A stretch of DNA of 64,000 nt from a virus (IMGVR_UViG_3300035698_014170:23341-87340); one strand, 5' to 3'; shown: positions 17,870 through 28,589, numbered from the stretch's first letter. A program made the numbers and translations. The notes: generated from the sequence alone by a model not told the origin.

Positions 17870-18562
17870 ATGAGTGAACAATACATACCTATCACATTAC
17901 CTTCTAAATGTTTAGCATATGAAGATGTCAATCCTGACGATATTAAAATCAGACCTTTCAAAGGTAAAGACGAAGCGTTAATAGCAGAACTTAATATAAA
18001 CAATTTTAAAAAGAAATTTGCTACAGTTATTGAAAATGTACTACAAGGTATCGAACCCAAGAAATTGACTACGGGTGATACAACGTACATAATGTTATGG
18101 GAGGCTATTAATTCTTACGATCAAAATTATTCGGATAGAATAGTTTGTGAGGGCTGTTTACAAGAAGTAAACGTAACGTTTGATTTAAGTAAGATAAATA
18201 ATGTCGAATTACCTGACGATTTTAAACAACCACATTCTGAACAATTGTCCGATAAAGAGATTAAGCTTAGATTACTTACGTTAGAAGACGACATTTCTTC
18301 TTTAGATTGGTCTAAGAACGGTAAATCAATATATCTTTATTCGTACGCAAGATCTATAGTTGACGATAGTTTATCGATTATAGATAAAATCAAATTATTA
18401 GAAGATATGGGCACTAAAGATTTAGATGTGATTAAAAAATTCCACAAACAGTATGCACATGGTCCAGATATGGCAAGCACTTACAAGTGTCCGCTATGTG
18501 AATACGAGGGTAAGCTAGAGCTTCCCTTTCGATACGACAAACTTTTTTCGTTTGACGAATAG
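17870..18562 (+). CDS. Tail assembly chaperone / baseplate hub assembly protein (T4 gp26-like)
   Basis: ITLPS, IRPFKGKDE, two CxxC pairs; upstream of tape measure. Confidence 0.7.
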   Translation: MSEQYIPITLPSKCLAYEDVNPDDIKIRPFKGKDEALIAELNINNFKKKFATVIENVLQGIEPKKLTTGDTTYIMLWEAINSYDQNYSDRIVCEGCLQEVNVTFDLSKINNVELPDDFKQPHSEQLSDKEIKLRLLTLEDDISSLDWSKNGKSIYLYSYARSIVDDSLSIIDKIKLLEDMGTKDLDVIKKFHKQYAHGPDMASTYKCPLCEYEGKLELPFRYDKLFSFDE

Positions 18563-18719
18563 TTTAGAATATATATTCGAAAGAAAGTTTAATTTTCAAT
18601 ACAGGATGAATTTATCTTTTTCAGAATACGATAATACACAATTAAAAGAACTTGATTGGATGTACGGACGTTTACTTCAACAAAAGCAAGAAGAAGATAA
18701 ATTATTAAAAGGTAGATAA
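18528..18719 (+). CDS. +1-frame extension of the chaperone (or a separate gp51-like small gene)
   Basis: Open from 18528 to TAA 18719, which overlaps the tape-measure ATG; reads FDTTNFF..ELDWMYGRLLQQKQEE. Confidence 0.6.
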   Translation, partial: FDTTNFFRLTNSLEYIFERKFNFQYRMNLSFSEYDNTQLKELDWMYGRLLQQKQEEDKLLKGR

Positions 18720-20284
18720 TGGCAAAATTAGACGACATAACGATAGGCAATTATCAAATAGCCGCTAGTAAAATTGCTAAACAATATATACCATACTACA
18801 GAAATTTATCTTCTGTATATTCAGATGTAAAAACTGGTATTGGGAAAGTAATTAAAGATCAAACTGTTCGATTAAAAGAAGTACTTCCTTTACTAGCAAG
18901 AGTATCTGGCAGAGGCGGAACAGCTGTTACTAGAAAGGAATTGAAAAAATTAGATTCTTTATTAGAAGAAATTAGTACTGCACATACTCAAGTTAAGGAA
19001 TGGACAAAAGAAAGTGAAACGTTAAGAGAAAATTCAAAAAATTCTACTAAAGATTTAGGAGTAGCACCAGAAGATCTTCGTTCTTCTGTAAGTTCTTTTA
19101 AGGAAAAACAAACTCAAGATAAAGGCGGTATTTCTAAAGAAGCGCTTGGTTTAATCGGAGGCGTTACAAAAGCGTTAGGTTTAGGTTCTCCGGGCAAAGC
19201 AGTTGGCGTAGCTGCAATGCTTCCTTTTTTAAGTCCTATAATCGGTCCGTTTATTAAACCCGCTTTAGCAGCGTACGAAACTTTACGCGGACTTAAAACA
19301 TCGGGCGGCGGAATAATACGTGGAGTAACAAAGCCTTGGCGCAGCAGAAAAAAATCTTTTTTTGATTCTGAATCCCCTGCAGTAGATTCAATAAGTAGAT
19401 CTCCGTCTACTTCTGATAGAGTTCCTGGAATATCCCCTGCAGTAGGCGGAGCTTTTAGAACATTGACCAGACGAAAAAAAGAAGAAGCTACAGCCCCTTT
19501 ATTTTACTTTTTTAATAAAAGGGCTTATAAAGCTGGTTGGACAAGAGATGTTCTTTCAGCTTTGAGAGGAAAAAAAACCGAAGGGGCTATTTCTTCTTTT
19601 AAAGATTGGCTTGCTTTAGGAGCCGGAGCAGCTCTTGGAAGCAGTTTATTAACGTTTTTAGGAACAGCAGGAGCAGTAGCTATTACTGTAACCACTGCTT
19701 ATTTAACAGGAAAACATATTTTATATCCACAATTAGAAAAATTAAAATGGTTTCAAGATCTTTTAAATTTTTCTGGCAAGTTAGAATCTTGGCGAATACG
19801 ATTATCTGATTGGGTCGAAGCAAAATTACCTCAAATTCCGAATGCTCCGAATGCTCCTTCTTTGGAAGAACGAAGAGAAGAATTTTATAAAAAGCCTTTC
19901 AAAGAGCGTTTTCAAACCAGTCCTTTGATGGTGGGTATTCGAAAAAATTTAGGAAAATTATCTCTAAACAGTGTAACTCCATTACCAAATACTTGGCCAG
20001 GAAGCGGATACAACAATCGCGGCGTTTATGATCCTGCTGAAGGTCCTTATATTTCGCCACAAGAATCTTTTCCTGAAGAAACTCCAGAAAATGCGAAAAA
20101 ATTAGAAGCTATGTTGAACGAAATAAAAAACATGAATGTTGGTCTTCAAAATGCTATAAATCAACGCCCAAGTAGTGGCGGTGGAGCAGGCGGTCCTGTT
20201 TTACAACCGACTCTTGTTGGAGATAACGACGACGTTATGATGAGTAATTATAAAAATGCTTTAAAATGGTTAGATGAGAATTAA
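18719..20284 (+). CDS. Putative tape measure protein
   Basis: Position after chaperone; helical and Gly/Ala-rich hydrophobic segments. Confidence 0.6.
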   Translation: MAKLDDITIGNYQIAASKIAKQYIPYYRNLSSVYSDVKTGIGKVIKDQTVRLKEVLPLLARVSGRGGTAVTRKELKKLDSLLEEISTAHTQVKEWTKESETLRENSKNSTKDLGVAPEDLRSSVSSFKEKQTQDKGGISKEALGLIGGVTKALGLGSPGKAVGVAAMLPFLSPIIGPFIKPALAAYETLRGLKTSGGGIIRGVTKPWRSRKKSFFDSESPAVDSISRSPSTSDRVPGISPAVGGAFRTLTRRKKEEATAPLFYFFNKRAYKAGWTRDVLSALRGKKTEGAISSFKDWLALGAGAALGSSLLTFLGTAGAVAITVTTAYLTGKHILYPQLEKLKWFQDLLNFSGKLESWRIRLSDWVEAKLPQIPNAPNAPSLEERREEFYKKPFKERFQTSPLMVGIRKNLGKLSLNSVTPLPNTWPGSGYNNRGVYDPAEGPYISPQESFPEETPENAKKLEAMLNEIKNMNVGLQNAINQRPSSGGGAGGPVLQPTLVGDNDDVMMSNYKNALKWLDEN

Positions 20285-20286
20285 TT

Positions 20287-21189
20287 ATGGCTATCTTTTC
20301 ACATGCGTTTAATAACATTAAAGATGCAGTAACCGGAGTATTTAAATCAAATACTAGTCCGATAGCAAGAGATTTTTTGGGCTATTTGGGTACGGACATA
20401 CCTAACGAATACTTGGTAACTATAACTGACGACTTACCTACTTCTTATATAGGAGAAGGTAAAAAAATAACAATTAAAGCTCCTATTCAAGAAAAAATAA
20501 CTACTAGAACAGAATCATCTTGGTCGTCTTTAACTGCGTCGTCTTTTATTACAGATTCTTACGGAGTTTTAACACAAGCATTAGCAGGCCGTTCACTTGT
20601 TAGTAGATTTGCAAGTAGAAGAATGTGGTCAGGTACTTCGCCGTTAGATTTTACGTTAAGTTTAAAGTTTGAAGCTATAAATAATACAAATAAAGAAGTA
20701 ACAGAACCTATAATGGAGCTACAACGTATGGTACTTCCGTATATTGGAAGTAACAAAAGTAAAGAAGCAACTGAACTTAGTTCTAAAACAGGATTAGGAA
20801 ATGGATTTTTCTTACATCCTCCCGGTCCGAACCCTTTTAATATACCTGGTATAGAAAACGTACGTTTATTAAAACATATGTATGTTTCTGATCCAGGCGA
20901 AATTATAAACATAAACGTAGGTAATTTACTGACGTTAAGAAAGGTCATAGTTAAAGACGTTAGTATAGATTATTTACCTAAGTTTGAAAAAGGCGGAGCT
21001 ACTATTGGTGCAATTGCTACAATTCATTTCCAAACTTTTGAAATTATGACAAAAGAATCGTTAGACGAAATGTTTAACATATCTGCTACTACAGTTTTGC
21101 CTAGTCAAAGTCCTGTAGCTCCTATAGGAACACCTCCTGGTGGAATGAACGATGTTATTAGTAGAGACGGAAGGACAGCGTTAGCATAA
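20287..21189 (+). CDS. Baseplate/tube-initiator protein (gp48/gp54-like)
   Basis: WSGTSPLDFTLSLKF; VIVKDVSIDY; position. Confidence 0.55.
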   Translation: MAIFSHAFNNIKDAVTGVFKSNTSPIARDFLGYLGTDIPNEYLVTITDDLPTSYIGEGKKITIKAPIQEKITTRTESSWSSLTASSFITDSYGVLTQALAGRSLVSRFASRRMWSGTSPLDFTLSLKFEAINNTNKEVTEPIMELQRMVLPYIGSNKSKEATELSSKTGLGNGFFLHPPGPNPFNIPGIENVRLLKHMYVSDPGEIININVGNLLTLRKVIVKDVSIDYLPKFEKGGATIGAIATIHFQTFEIMTKESLDEMFNISATTVLPSQSPVAPIGTPPGGMNDVISRDGRTALA

Positions 21190-21190
21190 T

Positions 21191-21496
21191 ATGAATAGAA
21201 CAAAATTTTATAATACAGCTGTTGTAAACAATGTAAAAGAAGTAGACCATCTATACAATACTTTGTCTTCTTTCAAGATAAAACACTCTCCTTCTTATTA
21301 TAGGACAAATTCTCACGATGTAGGACAGCCGGATTTAATCAGTAAAAAATTGTACGATACTGAAAGATACTGGTGGGTTATTTGTTTAGTGAACGATATA
21401 AATAATCCTTTTACAGATATAGAAGAAGGAACAATTTTACAAATTCCAAGTATTTTAGACATATACGATTTTTATCAAAAATATAACGTACGATAA
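21191..21496 (+). CDS. Baseplate wedge protein, LysM/gp53-like
   Basis: PDLISKKLY..YWWVICLVNDINNPF..G..LQIP. Confidence 0.85.
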   Translation: MNRTKFYNTAVVNNVKEVDHLYNTLSSFKIKHSPSYYRTNSHDVGQPDLISKKLYDTERYWWVICLVNDINNPFTDIEEGTILQIPSILDIYDFYQKYNVR

Positions 21497-22779
21497 TGAC
21501 TATAAAACAACATACAAGTCCGTATTACTTAAATATTAAGTTTGGAGAATCTGCAGGATTTACTAAAACAGATTCTAAAAGATTAAATTTTCAACTTAAT
21601 CCTATCAATACTTTATATATCATACAAGATATTAATAGGGTACTACCTTCTTTTCGATTAAAATTCCAAGATCCGGCATCTGAATATTCACAATTAACTC
21701 CTTTTGATAGTAAACAAAATAAAATTAGAATTAGCTTTAATCGTAATAAATTTCCAGAAGATCCGTCTACGTTTGATTTTGATATTTACAGGACATTTCC
21801 TACTTCAGATTTTGTATACGACGTTGAAGGACTTTTACAGGTTAAAAATTTATATTCTCCTAGCAAAACTCGAGGATTTAGTAAAAGATATCCGGTTTCA
21901 GATCATTTAATTGATATAGTATTAAACGATTTAAAAATTAAAGATTATGATATAAGTCCTACTCTTGATAAAGTGTTCAAAAATATTGTTCAACCCAATT
22001 GGACAAATATCGAATTATTAGAGTATTTAAAAAAGAATCTTTTAGGTACAAATTCTGAAGCAGGATATTTTTGCTTTATTCGTACAGAAAAAGATAAAAG
22101 AGTATTTGTTTTCCGATCATTAAAAGAATTGTATAGTCAGAAACCAAAATATTATTTTTCTAATAGTACAAGTGCTTTTGGAGACGGCGGAGCACAAAGA
22201 GTTTATTATCCTATTTTAGATTTTAAAGTGTACGATAATTGTAAGCTTTTAGGAACTAAAGGCACAAAAAGTCTTAATTATTCGTATTTCGATTACAATT
22301 CTTCTTCTTTTAAGCAACAAACTGTTAAAGCTAAAAACAATGCAAACGAATTTTTACCTCCCTCTTATACGAGTACAGACGATTTCTTATCTTTAACTAA
22401 ATATTTTTTAATAGACGGAAACGACGACGACGTAGGTATAGGTTTAGATCATGCTGGTCGATCGTCAGAATTTGCCTCTAATTATAAAGGACGTGCTAAA
22501 AATATATTTTATAAGAGACTGAATAACCTATCTAAGTTTTGGATAACTTCTTGGGGGATAGAAGACGTATCTCCTGGGGATGTTGTTTCAGTAGAATTTG
22601 TAGATTCACCAGAATTAATAAGTATTCATCAATATAACGGAAGTTGGTTAGTTGAAAGAGTAGTACATTTATTAGGGCCTAATTTTGGAACTAGATTGTT
22701 ATTAACAAGGAGCGGAGTAGATACTTCTGCAGATACAACATTACTAACAGTAAATCAAAAAAATATTATTTCAAAATAG
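21496..22779 (+). CDS. Baseplate hub protein (gp27/gpD-like)
   Basis: PGDVV and NGSWLVERVVH C-terminal motifs; position. Confidence 0.7.
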   Translation: MTIKQHTSPYYLNIKFGESAGFTKTDSKRLNFQLNPINTLYIIQDINRVLPSFRLKFQDPASEYSQLTPFDSKQNKIRISFNRNKFPEDPSTFDFDIYRTFPTSDFVYDVEGLLQVKNLYSPSKTRGFSKRYPVSDHLIDIVLNDLKIKDYDISPTLDKVFKNIVQPNWTNIELLEYLKKNLLGTNSEAGYFCFIRTEKDKRVFVFRSLKELYSQKPKYYFSNSTSAFGDGGAQRVYYPILDFKVYDNCKLLGTKGTKSLNYSYFDYNSSSFKQQTVKAKNNANEFLPPSYTSTDDFLSLTKYFLIDGNDDDVGIGLDHAGRSSEFASNYKGRAKNIFYKRLNNLSKFWITSWGIEDVSPGDVVSVEFVDSPELISIHQYNGSWLVERVVHLLGPNFGTRLLLTRSGVDTSADTTLLTVNQKNIISK

Positions 22780-22820
22780 TTCTTTGATTATAAGTGTTTA
22801 TACATTATAATATATTTAAG

Positions 22821-22997
22821 ATGAATATACTTATAAACATTTTGTTATTTCTTTTAAGATGCGTAGGATGGACATGTTGTTTTCTTTTTGCAACTGTTCT
22901 AGTAGCATCTATAATTTTAATAACTGTATCGATAGCACCTTTAGCAATTTTTATAGGCATATTTGCGTTTACTATATACGCAAATGTAACAAATTAG
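22821..22997 (+). CDS. Small hydrophobic membrane protein inserted in the baseplate operon
   Basis: Two hydrophobic stretches; TTGATT-16-TATAAT promoter-like sequence just upstream. Confidence 0.5.
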   Translation: MNILINILLFLLRCVGWTCCFLFATVLVASIILITVSIAPLAIFIGIFAFTIYANVTN

Positions 22998-23006
22998 TAG
23001 GTAAAA

Positions 23007-23531
23007 ATGAACAATTCTGATAAGTATAATGGTATCTACAGAGCAAAAGTCTTAATGACTGACGCCTTAGAGGACGATAAATTAGGCAGAGTACGTTGTG
23101 AAGTCTATCCGATGCTTGTAGGTGTAGATACAGCAACGGATTTAGACAATGTTGAAGGAATAGTAACCACTCAATTACCTTGGGCTATTCCGGCTATGCC
23201 TTTGTTTGCCGGAGCGTTAACTGCTGGATCAGGTTCGTTTGTGATACCTGAAGTTGAGTCATTTGTTTGGGTCTTTTTTGAAGCAGGCGATATTTATCAA
23301 CCCGTTTATTTTGCAGAAGCTCAAACAGCAGGAGCAGGAATACCTTCCGAAAGACTTACAGATTACCCTTATACAAAAGTTTGGAAATCTGCTGGAGGCG
23401 TCATTATAACGATTAACGATAAAGAGGGAAGTGAAAAAATTAACGTATTACATCCTTCTGGTTCGAATATTCAAATAGACAGTGGCGGAAACATAAATAT
23501 TAGTGGAACAACTGTAAATATTAATACTTAA
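23007..23531 (+). CDS. Baseplate central spike (gp5/gpV OB-fold)
   Basis: GIYRAKV..D..LGRVR..P, LPWA.P, PEV.S.VWVFFEAGD..PV. Confidence 0.9.
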   Translation: MNNSDKYNGIYRAKVLMTDALEDDKLGRVRCEVYPMLVGVDTATDLDNVEGIVTTQLPWAIPAMPLFAGALTAGSGSFVIPEVESFVWVFFEAGDIYQPVYFAEAQTAGAGIPSERLTDYPYTKVWKSAGGVIITINDKEGSEKINVLHPSGSNIQIDSGGNINISGTTVNINT

Positions 23532-23539
23532 GAGATAAA

Positions 23540-24087
23540 ATGGCAGAATTTCCAACACCTGGTGCATCAAAAGATACTTGGGGCAAAGAACTCCAAGAAG
23601 TTTGGCTCGTACAACACGATATGTACGGCCATCATCCTGGATCTCCGATTCAAATTGATAATTATCAAACTGGAGCAAAGCAGTATTTTACTGGTGCTAC
23701 TGTAATTCCTTATGGCGATACTATTCCTGAAAGCACTCAAGGTAGTAAAGTAATGGAACTCGATTTTACTCCTATAAGTGCTTTGAATAAATTAAAATAG
23801 ATGTTGTAGCTATATTTGCTAATACCGGAGCTCATTTATGTGCAGCTTTATTTAAAAACTTAGATCAATATGCTTTAGCTTGCTCGTATGCAAATAAAAA
23901 CGCCAGTTGGCCAGATACATACTCTTTTTCTCATTTTATGGTAGCAGACACTATCGAAAAAATAAAATTCAAAGTTTATGTAGGCGGAAATGGTACGACT
24001 ACTACGTTTAATGGTGACAACAATAATATAGCCATGTACGGCGGTGTAATAGCATCTAGCATCACCATTACGGAGATTCAGGTATGA
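23540..24087 (+). CDS. Tail fibre/appendage protein with an A-run indel near 23797
   Basis: -1 frame continues KLKIDVVAIF...ASSITITEIQV to TGA 24087, overlapping the next ATG. Confidence 0.7.
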
Positions 24088-24407
24088 GTAAGAAAATAGC
24101 TTGTGTTGGTGATTATTCGAGTCACGTAGGAGTTGTGATTACATCTAATCAAGACGGTAAATTCAGAATCGGATACAGTGATAGAGCTTTTGGTTCAGGT
24201 GTTGCAGGTTCAGGATCTTTTGGCGGAGCTATCCCAGCTGTCGAAGGTGCAATGCATAGTTGTCCGATACCTGAACATGGAATCACTGCTATCAAAGCTG
24301 TTACAACGAAAAGTTATAAAAATGGTAAATTGATATTAACAACAAACGCTTTTGCAGGTTGTGGAGCCTTAATTTTACCTTCAGATAGAAAGGTATACGT
24401 TGAATAA
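24084..24407 (+). CDS. PAAR-like spike tip protein
   Basis: IACVGD.SSH.G, HSCPIPEHG, GCGA motifs. Confidence 0.8.
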   Translation: MSKKIACVGDYSSHVGVVITSNQDGKFRIGYSDRAFGSGVAGSGSFGGAIPAVEGAMHSCPIPEHGITAIKAVTTKSYKNGKLILTTNAFAGCGALILPSDRKVYVE

Positions 24408-24787
24408 TGGCAATTAAAGCAACTGAAATTTGGTCAGATTTGCATCAGGGTTTTATTCCAGATGCTCAAGGAAAGTTAAAAAAAGTTATTAATATAGGAG
24501 CAGTTAAGACTTCTATTGATAATATTATGCGTACTTCAAAAGGGGAACGTGTAATGCTTCGTGATTTCGGCTCTGATCTTAAAACCATGTTATTTGAAAA
24601 TATAGATGAATCTCTTGTAAGCACAATAGCAGAAGAAATTAAAACTGCTATAACGACTTGGGACAACAGAGTTATTGTAAATTCTGTAAACTTTGAAACA
24701 GATGCCGATCGAAACGAAGTTCGTGTAACTATACAGTTTATAGTACGAGGATATGACGAGATATTTAGTCTCGATACTATTGTATAA
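24407..24787 (+). CDS. Baseplate wedge protein gp25/GPW
   Basis: SIDNIMRTSKGERVM..DFGS.L..LFE; WDNRV. Confidence 0.9.
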   Translation: MAIKATEIWSDLHQGFIPDAQGKLKKVINIGAVKTSIDNIMRTSKGERVMLRDFGSDLKTMLFENIDESLVSTIAEEIKTAITTWDNRVIVNSVNFETDADRNEVRVTIQFIVRGYDEIFSLDTIV

Positions 24788-24798
24788 GAAAGATAAAT

Positions 24799-26562
24799 AT
24801 GTCAAATGAATTAAATTATGTAAATTACGACTTCGACGATATAGTTGAGCAATTAGAAAATCGTCTTTTATTATCTGACGCATGGAAAGATACATACAAA
24901 TCTAGTACTGGACAGATGTTAATAGAATTATTAGGTTATGTATCTAATCTAACTTTGTATTACATTGAAAGAAGAGCAGAAGAGTCTTATATTGATACTG
25001 CTCAGAATAGAAGTAGTATAATTAATCTTGTTAAATTGTTAAACTATCAACCTAAAAGAGTTGTATCATCTACTGGCATACTTACTTTTTATCTAAGTGA
25101 AGCTAATGCCTATAATATATCTATTCCTAGATGGACAGAATGTCAGACAGCAGCAGGCATTAAATTTTTAACGTCTGAAGAAGCTACAATTATAAAAAAG
25201 GGAATATCAGTCGAAGTAAATGCAATTCAAGGCGAATTAGAAACTCTTTCCGCAACAGCTGATGGAACAGCAGATCAAGAATATTCAATCGAAGAAACAA
25301 CAGTTGAAGATTCTTCTAATAATGATTCTTTAATTGTAGTAGTAGACGGAGTTACTTGGACTAAAGTATCTTCATTTTTACGTAGTGAAAATACCTCTAC
25401 CCATTATAGAGTTATTACAAATCTAGACGATACCGTTACTATTAAATTTGGAAACGATGTTAAAGGAAAAGCTCCTGAGAATGGTTTGACTATTGCTATA
25501 ACATATGTATTAAGCAAAGGGTTAGACGGAAACATATATACTGATAATGCCGTTACTACAATAAACGTTGCTATTACCAATGCTAATTCGGACGCAGTAA
25601 CAAATATTAGCGTAAGTAACGATGCAACAATAGTTACGCCTACGTCTACTGTAACTAGATCTTTTTTAGGAGGAGATGATCGAGAATCTGCCGAAGAAAT
25701 AAGATATGAGGCTCCTAGAGTCTTTGCAACGGGAGATCGTGCTGTTACTAAAAATGATTTTATAGCAATCTTAGAAAATACAGCTGATATAGCAAACGTA
25801 AATGTTTGGGGCGAATTAGAAGAAGCTGAAGATGCAGGCGAAGATTCAGATTATGAGATGCTCAATAAAGTTAAAATGTGTATAATATTGGTGAATTGGC
25901 AAACAACTGAAGCCCCCTTCGAAGCAACGTTATCAGAAAATTTGTATGATCGATCAATGATGACAGTTAAGTACGAGTTTGTTGACCCTGTTATTCTAAA
26001 TGTAATTGTTAGCTTTTCGTCTATTGTAACAGCGTTAGGTTCGTCTTTAACAGACGTACAAAATACAGTAGAATCGACTTTAACCAACGAATTTGAATTA
26101 GGCGTTACAACTAAATTAGGTACAGCAATTAGATATAGTAACTTAGTTAGAGCAGTAGATGCATTAGACGATGTAGAATATCATACAATGACTTTAGAAA
26201 TTTATAAAGCGCTAGAAGCAGGATACGATTCTAATTACGATTACGGCGAAATACTTGACGCAGTAGAAATTAAAACTGAATCTGTAAAAATATATGTAGG
26301 AGATACTCTAATTGCAGTAGACGACGGAGTAGAAGGATTTACAGACGAATCTTCTGATTATTCCGTATCAGGTGATATCGATTATGATACAGGAGTAATA
26401 GGTATTGATATAGCCGAATCCGTAGGCAGTGAAGTAGTATCGGTCAGATACCGTCAAGATAACTCTGATAATAACAAAGATGGGGACATCATTACAGATC
26501 GTTTCGAAATATGTAAGCTTCACGACGTAGAAGTAAATTCAATTTCGATTATTGAAAGTTAA
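24799..26562 (+). CDS. Baseplate wedge protein (T4 gp6/gpJ-like)
   Basis: DFDDI..L, ESYIDTAQ, FGNDVKGKAP, GGDDRES.EEIR..AP, RAVT..DF. Confidence 0.9.
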   Translation: MSNELNYVNYDFDDIVEQLENRLLLSDAWKDTYKSSTGQMLIELLGYVSNLTLYYIERRAEESYIDTAQNRSSIINLVKLLNYQPKRVVSSTGILTFYLSEANAYNISIPRWTECQTAAGIKFLTSEEATIIKKGISVEVNAIQGELETLSATADGTADQEYSIEETTVEDSSNNDSLIVVVDGVTWTKVSSFLRSENTSTHYRVITNLDDTVTIKFGNDVKGKAPENGLTIAITYVLSKGLDGNIYTDNAVTTINVAITNANSDAVTNISVSNDATIVTPTSTVTRSFLGGDDRESAEEIRYEAPRVFATGDRAVTKNDFIAILENTADIANVNVWGELEEAEDAGEDSDYEMLNKVKMCIILVNWQTTEAPFEATLSENLYDRSMMTVKYEFVDPVILNVIVSFSSIVTALGSSLTDVQNTVESTLTNEFELGVTTKLGTAIRYSNLVRAVDALDDVEYHTMTLEIYKALEAGYDSNYDYGEILDAVEIKTESVKIYVGDTLIAVDDGVEGFTDESSDYSVSGDIDYDTGVIGIDIAESVGSEVVSVRYRQDNSDNNKDGDIITDRFEICKLHDVEVNSISIIES

Positions 26563-26564
26563 AA

Positions 26565-28589
26565 ATGGGAAATAGTGTAAACCTTTTAAATCTTGTTCCT
26601 CAGAAGTTTAGAGATTCTCAGATACTTATAGCTTATCTATCTGCTATGGGCGACGAGCTTACTAATATGACTTTAGCTGATTTTGAAGCTGCTCAATACA
26701 CCCCTACAGCTGCAGCAGCTTTGATGGTTTCTAATCCAGATACTTTAAGCTATAACGTAGGCAATTGGTTTGATTTAATAGACGGCCTCGAAGATTTTTT
26801 TAATCCTAGAACAGTAGATATAAAATATTTAAGAAATTTAGCTGCTTTAATTGGTTTAAAATTATTACCAGAAGATACTACATCTGAAAGTATTTTAAGA
26901 GCTTCTGTTGTCGAAGCAATTGATTGGTATAAAATAAAAGGGACTTACGAATCATTAATTGTAATTGGTTTAATTAATCAAATTTCTTTTAATATTTGGG
27001 ATATGTATACCGATTCAACTTACAATACGTTTAATAAAGTGGAATGGTTTGTAGGAGCAGAAAACGAAAATCCTGCAAGTTATCCTTATCCTACGTATTT
27101 TAAATCTCCTCATTTTGGATTAGAAGTTATTTTAAACAAAGTGTACGATGCAAAGCCAGATTTAGGCGCTCCGAATGTTCATTTATGGTATCCTTCGTAT
27201 TGGACGAATATATTAAATTACGTTGAAAGAACCAGACCTGTACATACAGTGCCTCATTATATGTTATTTCTTAATCCTCAAACTAACGAAAACGGAGAAA
27301 TAGTTATAGTAGACGGCGATATTCAAACAAAAGCTACTTTGAATTGGGTTAGTGGCATACAATATTTCGACGAGAATATTACTACATATAATTTACCTTA
27401 TGGATATCCGTTGGATTCGTCTGACTTACCAGAAACGCCTATATTTAAAGATAATCAAGTTTACGGATACGGATTGTACGGCGGAAAAGTTACAGAAGCA
27501 GATTGGACTTGGGATGAAGGCGCTGATAGTGAAAGCGACGCAGAGTATAAATTAGATACGCCTTCAGGCATAACAACTGAGTTTATCGATACTTGGAAAT
27601 TAGGAACTGGAAGTAAAGGTAAAAATTTACCAGTAGATTTAAGCACAGATTTAGTTGCACAATACAAGTTAAATGACAATCTTGATACAAATGTTGTTTT
27701 AGACGATTCTGGTTATTCAAACAATGGTACAGTTGTAAATGACGGAAACAATTACGCATCTGAGCAATATAATGTGGACGGTAAAATAAACGGTTGTTTC
27801 GAGTTTGACGGAATAAACGATTACGTCGGAGTAGCTTCCAATGTAATACCTTCGTCAGGTGATTGGACAATTGCAGGTTGGGTTTACTGCGAAGGAAAAT
27901 TAGCAGGCACTACTGATGATTTTGGTACTGCCTTCGGCTCTGCTGCTTTACCAACAGATATAAAAGGCTGTATTGTCAGTACAAGTGCTGCAAACGGTTT
28001 ATATGTTACAATAGGAAACGGCACTTCGTCAGGTAGTTTCGGGTTACTTTCCGATATATCCACAACGAATAAACAGAAGTGGTATCATATTATTCTTACA
28101 TACGACGAATCTACAACTACGACAAGAGGGTATGTTAACAGCGAATTAGTAGACGAGTTAGTTCAGGAATACGCAGATTCAGGCGAAGGGGCTTTTAGAA
28201 TAGGACATTCTGTAAATTTGTATCCACTAACAACTTTTTGGTACGGTAAAGTAGACGATGTTAGGTCATATAGTAGAATAATAGATGCAGAAGATATTGC
28301 AACGCTGTATAATTCTGGTGACGGTACAGAGATGCAAAAATTTGATTTAGAAGATACTTCCCCTACTGAAGATACTTTAACTGCGTCAAATATTATAGTA
28401 ACATCTGAAGCTGTAACAATAGAATTTACTGTTCCAAAAACTACGATTTTATCAGGGGTATCTGAATTAGGTATATATACAGACGGCGGCGAAGCGACTG
28501 AAAAGTTAGTAGTAGCTAGTTTGTTTCCAGATATTTATAAATCTACAGACGCCGAATTAAGAGTACAAATAATAATAGAAAGAGAGTAA
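26565..28589 (+). CDS. Baseplate wedge protein (gpI/gp7-like) with inserted LamG/concanavalin-A domain
   Basis: YL..LA..IG, WYKIKGT, RPVH; LamG motifs LVAQYKLND, FDGINDYV, WYHIILTYD, GKVDDVR.Y. Confidence 0.75.
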   Translation: MGNSVNLLNLVPQKFRDSQILIAYLSAMGDELTNMTLADFEAAQYTPTAAAALMVSNPDTLSYNVGNWFDLIDGLEDFFNPRTVDIKYLRNLAALIGLKLLPEDTTSESILRASVVEAIDWYKIKGTYESLIVIGLINQISFNIWDMYTDSTYNTFNKVEWFVGAENENPASYPYPTYFKSPHFGLEVILNKVYDAKPDLGAPNVHLWYPSYWTNILNYVERTRPVHTVPHYMLFLNPQTNENGEIVIVDGDIQTKATLNWVSGIQYFDENITTYNLPYGYPLDSSDLPETPIFKDNQVYGYGLYGGKVTEADWTWDEGADSESDAEYKLDTPSGITTEFIDTWKLGTGSKGKNLPVDLSTDLVAQYKLNDNLDTNVVLDDSGYSNNGTVVNDGNNYASEQYNVDGKINGCFEFDGINDYVGVASNVIPSSGDWTIAGWVYCEGKLAGTTDDFGTAFGSAALPTDIKGCIVSTSAANGLYVTIGNGTSSGSFGLLSDISTTNKQKWYHIILTYDESTTTTRGYVNSELVDELVQEYADSGEGAFRIGHSVNLYPLTTFWYGKVDDVRSYSRIIDAEDIATLYNSGDGTEMQKFDLEDTSPTEDTLTASNIIVTSEAVTIEFTVPKTTILSGVSELGIYTDGGEATEKLVVASLFPDIYKSTDAELRVQIIIERE

